Below, in pieces: positions 1-7,389 of a stretch of DNA of 13,057 nt. The notes below the pieces were generated by a model that was not told where the DNA came from, ran no database searches, and was given only the letters and a program-made list of their open reading frames with translations. The first letter of the stretch is position 1; each line of letters begins with the position of its first letter. This DNA is from Candidatus Thorarchaeota archaeon (GTDB lineage: Archaea > Asgardarchaeota > Thorarchaeia > Thorarchaeales > Thorarchaeaceae): NCBI GenBank assembly GCA_003345595.1, contig PRDI01000006.1:1-13057 (forward strand). Reading direction: 5' to 3'. The position numbers were made by a program, and so were the translations under genes.

Positions 1-1663
1 TGGGGAACATGTCCTCTTGACGCACCAGCCCTCGTATCGAGTGGGTGTCCACAATGGGCGCGATGCTAAGAGCAAGGCTCTGAGCGGTTTCCACGAGCCT
101 ATGGCCCCATTCTCCGGGGGCGGACACGATGCCGTATGCTCTTTCCGATGTCATGATGATGGTCGCTTCGAGGCAAGAACTTCGTGATGCCGACCGAACT
201 GCATCTGCTACGCCGACCACAAGAAAGTCGGGCCTTAAGCCGGTATGATTGAAGTTCGGCAGCAGAAGCAGATTACCAGACTCCGTCAACGATACTACTC
301 TATGGAGCGAACCCGTGAGTGAGTTCGCGAGTATCTTCAACCCTCCTTCAGCAAGCCTCTCAAGGACTGCTTCCTCGGCCGTGTCCACTTTGGCGGCTTG
401 GAACTGAATGCCACCTTCAAAGGTAAATGGAGAGCTTGATTCTATGCCTAATGAGTCCAAGGCCCAACGTAGTATGTCCTTCCCATGTGAACTCAATCCC
501 CCTGACTTGGGGGTGATGTCTTCGATGTTGAGGAAGTACTCAAGTGAAGTCGCCTGTTCTCCTTCACCCTCGATCAACGAGAGACGCTTTAGACCGGACC
601 CATCCAAGAAGTGTACATCGAGCCAAGCGGACGGATCGTCCCGGGGCTCTTTTCCGCGGGCAAATGCAAGCGCCCTTCCTAGGGCGGCAACGTTGCAGAC
701 GGATCGAGGAGCAAGATGGATTGACTCCAGTGCGTGACGTCGAGCATTGAGCTTCCTAGGATTTCGCAGGGTTTCACAGAACCCTCGAATCGCGTGATAG
801 TCATCAGTACCCAATGACACCTGGAACCCGTCATGGACTATCCTAAGCCCTTGTATCCACTTGTCGAGTGAGAGTACACTAGGCGCCATCTCCACAAGTG
901 ACAGTATCCTCTGGAAGCCTTTCTCGCCATAGCATTCAGCATGAGTCACGAAGTGATTGATGAGTCGCACGTCGTCCTGGGACTTGGTGTTCTTCCTCCA
1001 GACCTGAATCCAATCATTTCTCTGAGGATCTTTCATCAGGGAATACGCCAAGCCGTTTCCAACGCACTGAGCAAAAGCAGTCAGAGCACGTTCTCGATCC
1101 ATCATGAGCAGGAAACCGGCGCGAAGAGCAACTCCCTCTGCCCAACTTGCGTTGATGGCAGACTCCTCGAATACGAATGTCCCGTCCTGTTCCAACCGCA
1201 TACCAAAGGCCTGGTCGCTTGTACCCAACCTCTCTCTTGTTACAAACACGGTTGGAAACTTGGGCTCAGAACGCGCAATCGCCCTGGCCACACGACGAAT
1301 GGCCCGAGAGAGGGCGGACCTCAGATCTTCAGTTGCTTCCATCCGGAGTTCTTCTGGCGTGGGCTCTGCAGGCTTCTCGTACTTGACGAGCAGACGTGAG
1401 GTCTTTCTGACTGGTTCGTACGCAGAGTGTTCGATGTTGTCGGCGCCGAGCATAACACCAGCCGCATTGAAGAAGTAGACGCGGATACGGTCTTGGTTCA
1501 CTACCGCCACAATGAAAGCGATCCCGCGGAGCCGCGTGAAATACTTCCTCATGGTCACTTCCTTTACACGTAGCACTTCGACCAAGAGAGCCCCTGTTTC
1601 CCTGAACTGGCTCTCTCCAAAAGCGGCTATTTCCTTGGGTGTTTCCCTGACGGGCTGATGCAT
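1..1663 (-). CDS. Large hypothetical protein, >554 aa, 3' end runs off the window (MHQPVRETPKEIAAFGESQF...GLVRQEDMFP>); possible degenerate zincin-like middle and Lrp/AsnC-like C-terminal region
   Basis: Hand translation of the minus strand from ATG at 1663 gives 554 codons with no stop down to position 2. A GAGGTG Shine-Dalgarno lies at 1673-1678. It is missing from the ORF track because it has no stop in the window. Domain hints are by eye only. Confidence 0.88.
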   Translation of the reverse strand, partial: MHQPVRETPKEIAAFGESQFRETGALLVEVLRVKEVTMRKYFTRLRGIAFIVAVVNQDRIRVYFFNAAGVMLGADNIEHSAYEPVRKTSRLLVKYEKPAEPTPEELRMEATEDLRSALSRAIRRVARAIARSEPKFPTVFVTRERLGTSDQAFGMRLEQDGTFVFEESAINASWAEGVALRAGFLLMMDRERALTAFAQCVGNGLAYSLMKDPQRNDWIQVWRKNTKSQDDVRLINHFVTHAECYGEKGFQRILSLVEMAPSVLSLDKWIQGLRIVHDGFQVSLGTDDYHAIRGFCETLRNPRKLNARRHALESIHLAPRSVCNVAALGRALAFARGKEPRDDPSAWLDVHFLDGSGLKRLSLIEGEGEQATSLEYFLNIEDITPKSGGLSSHGKDILRWALDSLGIESSSPFTFEGGIQFQAAKVDTAEEAVLERLAEGGLKILANSLTGSLHRVVSLTESGNLLLLPNFNHTGLRPDFLVVGVADAVRSASRSSCLEATIIMTSERAYGIVSAPGEWGHRLVETAQSLALSIAPIVDTHSIRGLVRQEDMFP

Positions 1664-1812
1664 TCGGGCGTCCACCTCATTCGACCGGGCGAGCACTTCC
1701 GCGTCCGGAGGACCTCGCATTTAGGGAGGCAAGTCCCCTTAATCAGTTTCGGGCTGCGGAGAAGAGCAGTCTCAGACCTACCAGACCTTTCTCGGTCTCT
1801 GCCTGCCGCTTC

Positions 1813-1830
1813 AAGAAAACAAGTAAAGAG
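1813..1830 (-). terminator. Possible U-rich archaeal terminator downstream of the 3880-1898 operon
   Basis: The minus strand reads CTCTTTACTTGTTTTCTT, a pyrimidine/T tract about 70 nt after the stop at 1898. Confidence 0.25.
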
Positions 1831-1897
1831 GATTCTGTGAGTCAGACATCCAGATTGCCATGATTATCGGATACAGTCTTCGAGCTTGTACGAACGA

Positions 1898-2473
1898 TCA
1901 GGTACTCGTGACTGCGACCACCTGTTCCTGATAGATTGGCATCAGTATATCCCTAGTAGGTGGAGAGTTCATTACGATATCGAGAACCTCACTGTTCCTC
2001 ATGAGGACGCAACCCAGAAACGCGTAGTCGAACTTGTCAAGCCGGATGTTTACACCCCTGCGTGGAACCTGCGTCAGAAGCAAGACTATGCTGAAATCAC
2101 CTCTTGGCAGCTGGTTCAGTATGCCACGCTTCATGTCTGGTTCCAGCTGACCCTCCAGCTGTCGTGTCATGGCACCACGTTCAATGAAATTGTATCGAAT
2201 CCTCTCGAAATCGCCAGATGAGCTCTTCTTCGGCCGGATGAATGAGATTGAGTAACCGAGCCTCTTCAAGGAGTTGTAGCCGATTAGAGTCCGGTAGAGT
2301 GGAGGACTCACGGATTCGAGCTCTACTTTCCTCAGTTCGACAACGTCTTCGTTCCGCTTGACCTTCAGGTTCACCAAGTCACACTTCCAATAAGCTAGGT
2401 CCCACTGTGATTCAGCAGCGAGTCTCAATAAAGCATTCTGGGAAGCTAATCCGCGATTGACCCATTCAGCCAC
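1898..2473 (-). CDS. Hypothetical protein, 191 aa
   Basis: The GTG start directly abuts the TAG stop of ogt (TAGGTG), consistent with translational coupling. Composition is globular; no motif recognised. Confidence 0.75.
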   Translation of the reverse strand: MAEWVNRGLASQNALLRLAAESQWDLAYWKCDLVNLKVKRNEDVVELRKVELESVSPPLYRTLIGYNSLKRLGYSISFIRPKKSSSGDFERIRYNFIERGAMTRQLEGQLEPDMKRGILNQLPRGDFSIVLLLTQVPRRGVNIRLDKFDYAFLGCVLMRNSEVLDIVMNSPPTRDILMPIYQEQVVAVTST

Positions 2474-2977
2474 CTACTTGATGGCACCCTCAAGCTTAAG
2501 GAGTTCTATCTTCCTCTTAACATCCCTGCCGTATCCGCCAATCCCAGTGCTTGAAACAACGCGGTGGCACGGGACTATCGGGCAGAAGCGGTTGCTTGCC
2601 ATGACATTGCCTACAAACCTGGCGGCGCCCGGAATGCCTGCCCGCTTAGCCAGCTCACCATACGAAACAGTTTGTCCTCTCGGGATTCTGAGCGCAGCCT
2701 TCAAGACCAGACAAGCCTTCTCTGTCAATCCTGTCATGTCGAGGTTTACATCGCTCACGTCCACTTCGCTCGTGCCTTCCGATATGGTGAAGGCTTTCTC
2801 CAAGATGGATAGATGCCCCGATGAATCACTCCTCTGCAGTCCATTGCCTCCTGCACTGGATACGGCCTGCGCCTCGGTAGGTGCTCTGTCGCCCAATGAG
2901 AACAATCCTTCCTCAGTGAAGACGCCTGCCAGGAATCTGTCACCTCTTCTGAATACCGCAACAGTCTTCTCAGTCAT
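2474..2977 (-). CDS. ogt: Methylated-DNA--protein-cysteine S-methyltransferase (O6-alkylguanine DNA alkyltransferase, MGMT)
   Basis: Active-site PCHRVV; IPRGQTVSYGELA; arginine-finger region GAARFVG; typical C-terminus K..LLKLEG. Confidence 0.95.
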   Translation of the reverse strand: MTEKTVAVFRRGDRFLAGVFTEEGLFSLGDRAPTEAQAVSSAGGNGLQRSDSSGHLSILEKAFTISEGTSEVDVSDVNLDMTGLTEKACLVLKAALRIPRGQTVSYGELAKRAGIPGAARFVGNVMASNRFCPIVPCHRVVSSTGIGGYGRDVKRKIELLKLEGAIK

Positions 2978-2998
2978 GACTACTCGCCTGAAACCATT

Positions 2999-3880
2999 CT
3001 ACGTGATTGGCGTGCACTTCTTGATTGCGAACGCAAGGAGGGAGGTCAGCTCTGGATCGCTCTTCTTTGAGCCCATCTGAGACCATCCACCATCTTTGTT
3101 CTGTGTTGTCAGAACAAGCTCTATGCCCTTTCGTATCACTTCGCGCTCCAACTCTGACTTCGGCGCACACACAGCTACGAGATCTACCATGTCTTGCGTC
3201 GATTTCTGCTCTAATGACCTCTTAAGATGCTGCATCAAAGCAGCGCGACCATCGTTGTACACCTTGTTTTGGGAATCAATGCCCGCAGCAACGAGTGCTG
3301 GAAGGATGTTGCCTGTTGCAAGTGGATCTGACTCATTCTGACCCTTGAAGTCAGGCCAGTGGCCGTCTTCATTCTGGAGATGCGTCAGGAAATCGCGTGC
3401 TTTCCTTACACGATTTCCGTCTTCATATGCAACACTGCAGAGAGCTTCCAAAGCTTTCCCGGTCAGCCAAGTTATGCTCTTGCCAACCGGATACCAGTCA
3501 CGTCCGACGGTGCCGCCGTATTTGTCTTCGATGATGTGATCCAGGTTCAAGGCCTCGGCAAAGCCGCCATCCCTCTTCTGTCGAGATACCAAGAAGTGGA
3601 CCATCTTGCCGATTAGTCGTGAGTGGCTCGTCGTGAAGCTCTTCAGGAGCATCAGCACCTCTGCCGTTTCCTTCACAGAGCTCGGATGTCCTGGCTTTAG
3701 CCCGAACGGAATTCCCCCATCCTTGTTGAGAAGCTCCTCCAGCGTGCCAAGGAGCTGCTCAGTCTGTTCACGGGACACATCAAAGCCAGCTGAAAGCATT
3801 CTCAGCCTGTCAGCTAGAGTGCCATTGCTCATGAGATATGTCTGCAAGTCATAGGGGAAGTCGAAAACCTGTTTGCTCAC
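2999..3880 (-). CDS. Prenyltransferase/squalene-oxidase (QW) repeat protein, (alpha/alpha) barrel, 293 aa
   Basis: Repeats LNKDGGIP, RQKRDGGF, LQNEDGHW and TQNKDGGW, each followed by an S/D...T helix start. GTG start with an AAGGAGGT Shine-Dalgarno at about 3887-3894. Confidence 0.85.
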   Translation of the reverse strand: MSKQVFDFPYDLQTYLMSNGTLADRLRMLSAGFDVSREQTEQLLGTLEELLNKDGGIPFGLKPGHPSSVKETAEVLMLLKSFTTSHSRLIGKMVHFLVSRQKRDGGFAEALNLDHIIEDKYGGTVGRDWYPVGKSITWLTGKALEALCSVAYEDGNRVRKARDFLTHLQNEDGHWPDFKGQNESDPLATGNILPALVAAGIDSQNKVYNDGRAALMQHLKRSLEQKSTQDMVDLVAVCAPKSELEREVIRKGIELVLTTQNKDGGWSQMGSKKSDPELTSLLAFAIKKCTPIT

Positions 3881-3987
3881 CGCTATACCTCCTTTTCAGG
3901 TCCTCTCAAGAATTAGTGAGTGTGACTTGAGGACAGGCCAATGATTCACACTGTCCCTTGGCGTCACAGATATGAATGCGTCGAATT

Positions 3988-3997
3988 GACTTAAAGA
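3988..3997 (-). promoter_or_regulatory. Candidate TATA box for the QW-repeat/ogt operon
   Basis: The minus strand reads TCTTTAAGTC about 110 nt upstream of the GTG at 3880, implying a transcription start near 3965-3971 and a leader of about 90 nt. Confidence 0.35.
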
Positions 3998-4011
3998 CTG
4001 TTCGGCGCTGT

Positions 4012-4278
4012 CTACTCAGTCTCCTCATCCTCGTAGAACTCTAGTATTTCCTTCCTCTTCTCACGACGCTCGTCCTCAGTGAGCTCCTCTTCATCGGGAT
4101 TCTCGTCCTCTACTACAACAATCTTCTCACTTGGAGAATGATGCACCCTGTAGTCCACTGTGTAGTCGGGAGCCTCCTTCACAGTTCGCTCGCGTCCGCA
4201 CTCTCTGCACTTGAGGACTGTCTTCTTCTCGCCCTTTTTCGGAAGCATGAGGGCGCCACACTTGTCGCAGAACTCCAC
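4012..4278 (-). CDS. TFS/RpoM (RPB9/RPA12/RPC11-family) N-terminal zinc-ribbon protein lacking the C-terminal TFIIS-like ribbon; acidic/charged tail; 88 aa
   Basis: MEFCDKCGALMLP...LKCRECG (C4, C7, C24, C27) and the linker HSPSEKIVVVE match the archaeal TFS N-terminal half. There is no second CxxC pair and no QTRxADE motif; the protein ends EEELTEDERREKRKEILEFYEDEETE. Confidence 0.85.
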   Translation of the reverse strand: MEFCDKCGALMLPKKGEKKTVLKCRECGRERTVKEAPDYTVDYRVHHSPSEKIVVVEDENPDEEELTEDERREKRKEILEFYEDEETE

Positions 4279-4481
4279 GGTTTCTTTCTCCCCAAGATTA
4301 TAGTCCCAGTGGTTGCGCCATGCACGGATTTAAGCTTGACGTTTGTGCTTCCTGATGCTTCATGACACGAAGTCCTCCAGTCCCTCTCGTGGCACAGCAA
4401 AACCTAGATATGCGTAAGTGAGTGGCGCCCATCACGTTGCTCGCACTAGGTCAGGCGGGCGACTGAGGATGGGATCCCACC

Positions 4482-5807
4482 ATGGTTCACGTGATTCCTT
4501 TCAGAGCTTACAGGTACGACAAGGCCAAGGTCGGCGACCTCTCAAAGGTCGTTGCCCCGCCATATGATGTGATTAAGGACAAGATGGTCGATACTCTTCA
4601 GTCATTGTCACCCTACAACATGGCTTGGATATCCAAGAGCAAGCCGACAGAGTCTGATACTGACTCCGACAACCAACACACAAGAGCGAGAGACATCTGG
4701 AGGAAGTGGCTGAAAGAAGGCGTTGTGAAACAGGACTCAAAGGAGTGTTTCTATGTCTATGGTCACGATTTCCAGGTCGAGGGCAAGAAGATGTTCAGGT
4801 TCGGATTCATTGGTCTCCTAGAGCTGGAGGAGTTTGCTAAAGAGCCACCGATCAGTGCACCATTCACAGGCGTCCTTCAGCATGAGGAAACTCTGCCCAA
4901 AGACATCATGGACCGCCTGAATCTGTGCAGGCAGACAATGACACAGTTTGGCCTGATATTTGTGATCTATCCTGACCCCAAGCGTGAGGTCGACTCGATT
5001 CTGGAACGGTACATTAAGAATCAGCCAGTGGTTGACGTAACTGACCTCGAAGGCGTTCGTCATAGGATTTGGTTGGTAGATAATCAGGCAGATACCAAGA
5101 GAATCTCTGAACTCATGAGTAACAAGTATGTTATCATCGCAGATGGGCACCACAGGTACAAGACAGCCCTCGCACTGTCAAAGGAGAATCCCAGCCTTGC
5201 CTCTGCCAAATACCGGATGCTCACGTTCGTCAATATGGCCAACCCGGGCTTAGTCATTCTGCCCACACATAGGCTGGTCCAGAATCTTGAGAGCTTCTCT
5301 CGACAGAAGCTACTTGACGGGATCAAGCAGAACTTCGATGTCAGGGAGCTCAAGACAAAGAATGAGATGCTTGCCCTCATGAAGAAGGAGGCGAAGCGTC
5401 ACGCCTTCGGGATGTTCATGAATGATGGCAGGTTCTACGTATTGCTCCTCAAGGACATTTCAGCAATGGACAAGGCTGTCGTGGGCAAGTCACCGGCGTG
5501 GAAGCACCTCGACGTATCAATACTCCATTCACTCATTCTCGACAAGGTCTTAGGCATCGGCAAAGAGAAGCTTGCCCAAGGAACCATGAAGGGGGAAGGT
5601 TACGTCCTTTACATTAAGGACGTCGGGGACGCGGTCGATGAGGCGATCAGGTCGGTGAAGGAGCGGGCTCAGGTCTTGTTCCTGATCAACGCACCACGTG
5701 TGGAGGAAGTCGAGGATGTTTCAAGGAACTTCGAGGTCATGCCACAGAAGAGCACGTTCTTCGCGCCCAAGTGTGGAGACGGCTACACGATGAATAGGCT
5801 TACATGA
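4482..5807 (+). CDS. DUF1015 family protein (ParB/Srx-like DGHHR domain), 441 aa
   Basis: Family hallmarks: N-terminal IPFRAYRY...VVAPPYDVI, HEETLP, IADGHHRY, LVILPTHR and C-terminal MPQKSTFF.PK. Confidence 0.92.
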   Translation: MVHVIPFRAYRYDKAKVGDLSKVVAPPYDVIKDKMVDTLQSLSPYNMAWISKSKPTESDTDSDNQHTRARDIWRKWLKEGVVKQDSKECFYVYGHDFQVEGKKMFRFGFIGLLELEEFAKEPPISAPFTGVLQHEETLPKDIMDRLNLCRQTMTQFGLIFVIYPDPKREVDSILERYIKNQPVVDVTDLEGVRHRIWLVDNQADTKRISELMSNKYVIIADGHHRYKTALALSKENPSLASAKYRMLTFVNMANPGLVILPTHRLVQNLESFSRQKLLDGIKQNFDVRELKTKNEMLALMKKEAKRHAFGMFMNDGRFYVLLLKDISAMDKAVVGKSPAWKHLDVSILHSLILDKVLGIGKEKLAQGTMKGEGYVLYIKDVGDAVDEAIRSVKERAQVLFLINAPRVEEVEDVSRNFEVMPQKSTFFAPKCGDGYTMNRLT

Positions 5808-6200
5808 ATGGCCACTATGTGTCCTCTGGTGCGCATTTTCAACCCCCTACCAGTATCGGAAAATCCCCCAATGGTCCTAAGAGCATAACGGTCGGTACGC
5901 CGTCAGGAGTACCCACGAGAGGAATCCGAGTAACGGAAATCGTTTGAACCTTCGTCCGGAGAGAGCCAAAGATGATAAGTCCCTAATTACCCCTGGATCG
6001 CCCGAGAGTTGCCATGTGGAGATCGGCTCACGGGGAAGGCAGACGACCGTTCGCCTCAGGCAATCTGGATCCACACAAGCATGACCAGAATCAAGCGGCC
6101 AAGACAACCCATCGGATGACTCGCCATTCTCGCAATGTAGGACAGCATGCGATTACGCAGGATCTGCCAAGATGTTTCAGAACATGAAGGAGGAGATAGC

Positions 6201-6779
6201 ATGGGAAGAATAATCGTGTCGAATCTGGTATCAGTTGACGGCTTCTTTGCAGGACCCAACGGGGAAATAGATTGGCACAACGTGGATGCTGAGTTTAACG
6301 AGTATGCCAACGATCTGCTAAGTACAGTGGATGGTCTCTTGTTTGGCCGGGTGACGTATCAAATGATGGCGGATTACTGGCCGACTTCATCAGCGATTAC
6401 GAACGATCCAATCATTGCTGAGAAGATGAATAGTTTGCCCAAGATTGTCTTCTCAAGAACGCTGAAAAAGGCCGAGTGGAAAAACACAAGGCTAGTCAAA
6501 GGAGATATCAAGCAAGAAATCTCGAAGCTGAAACGACAGCCAGGCAAAGACCTAGTGGTACTGGGCAGTGGCACCATTGTATCAACTCTTACGCAGCTTG
6601 GCTTGATTGATGAATACCGCATCATTGTGAATCCTGTTGTCTTGGGCGATGGCAAAACCATGTTCAGGGGCATAAGAGATAGACTTAGTCTGAGGCTCTT
6701 GAAGACCAGAACGTTCCGGTCAGGAAACGTCTTACTCTATTACGAGCCTGTAAGAAAACAGGAGGGGCCACATGGGTAA
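6201..6779 (+). CDS. Dihydrofolate reductase-like / RibD C-terminal domain protein, 192 aa
   Basis: VSVDGFFAGPNG, LLFGRVTY, PKIVFSRTL, VLGSGTIV, GLIDEYRIIVNPVVLGDGK.MF. Start placed at ATG 6201 because of a strong AAGGAGGAG Shine-Dalgarno just upstream; the ORF-track start at 6147 is probably too early. Confidence 0.92.
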   Translation: MGRIIVSNLVSVDGFFAGPNGEIDWHNVDAEFNEYANDLLSTVDGLLFGRVTYQMMADYWPTSSAITNDPIIAEKMNSLPKIVFSRTLKKAEWKNTRLVKGDIKQEISKLKRQPGKDLVVLGSGTIVSTLTQLGLIDEYRIIVNPVVLGDGKTMFRGIRDRLSLRLLKTRTFRSGNVLLYYEPVRKQEGPHG

Positions 6780-6852
6780 AGTCATCCCAGATGTCTCAAT
6801 GTCACCAGTCGAATTCATTGCTCGTGCAAACCACGCGCAGAAGGAAATGTAG
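6772..6852 (+). pseudogene. 26-codon remnant of a second RibD/DHFR-family gene (MGKVIPDVSMSPVEFIARANHAQKEM*)
   Basis: It has its own AGGAGG Shine-Dalgarno at about 6760-6765 and overlaps the upstream stop. The translation resembles the family N-terminus MGKVxxxxSMSLDGFIAGPN but is degenerate (LDG to PVE, GP to RA) and truncated. Confidence 0.6.
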
Positions 6853-7389
6853 ATGATCATCAATTCCACAGAACTCGGCGTCTGTGCACTGTCTATTTTC
6901 TCTGTTATGTCCATCCGAGCAGCATCTGTGCGGGGCGTGGGTCAGACCTCTACTAGAACGCCTCAACATGGACGCAAGAAGATCATGTCGCTAGCAATAC
7001 TGACTCTCTTGTCTCTACTTACATTGTGGTATGCCCCTCTACTTGCAGTGGCAGCGGCGTTCTATTTCGTTGTTCTCTACATTGTCTATAGCATTATCGT
7101 CGCACGGAGATGGGCGCGAACAGGGCCCATCTATCCCTCATCGGATCGCACCGCAAGGTCGACATGGAGTGCTCGGGAAGTCGTGGGAACGTATGGAATC
7201 GCATGGGCAGCAACGAGTCTGGTATTGTTGCTTCACTATGGCATTCCACAGGATGTTACTCTATTTCTCGGCGAAGAGATGGGTGGAATGATCATTGGCA
7301 TGCTGACACTTGTCTGCACGCTGTTTCAACCCAAGTCACAGCGGGGTGGCGGCGAACGGACGGAGCCTGTCAAGGGTGGAGCCGTATGA
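6853..7389 (+). CDS. Hypothetical membrane protein (about 4-5 hydrophobic segments); start uncertain
   Basis: 178-aa ORF with hydrophobic stretches (IMSLAILTLLSLLTLWY, LLAVAAAFYFVVLYIVYSIIV, VVGTYGIAWAATSLVLLLHY, MGGMIIGMLTLVCTLF). No clear Shine-Dalgarno; no family recognised. Confidence 0.55.
   Translation: MIINSTELGVCALSIFSVMSIRAASVRGVGQTSTRTPQHGRKKIMSLAILTLLSLLTLWYAPLLAVAAAFYFVVLYIVYSIIVARRWARTGPIYPSSDRTARSTWSAREVVGTYGIAWAATSLVLLLHYGIPQDVTLFLGEEMGGMIIGMLTLVCTLFQPKSQRGGGERTEPVKGGAV

Noticed and set aside
408-1478. Plus-strand ORFs 408-737, 544-750, 941-1399, 1104-1478 and 1177-1386
   Set aside because: They are antisense shadows of the long minus-strand gene 1663-<1, Ser/Pro/Arg-rich and without motifs.
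1886-3854. Plus-strand ORFs including 2457-3080 (207 aa)
   Set aside because: They are antisense to ogt, the QW-repeat gene and the 191-aa gene, which have motifs and/or operon coupling.
5883-6055. Integron attC site or cobalamin riboswitch (GCATAAC...GTTCGCC; GGGAAGGC)
   Set aside because: It is too long for a typical attC with imperfect core boxes and no integrase nearby; the B12-box and GCCACUG elements are absent.
6147-6200. N-terminal extension of the DHFR-like ORF
   Set aside because: The strong Shine-Dalgarno and the family-typical N-terminus point to ATG 6201.
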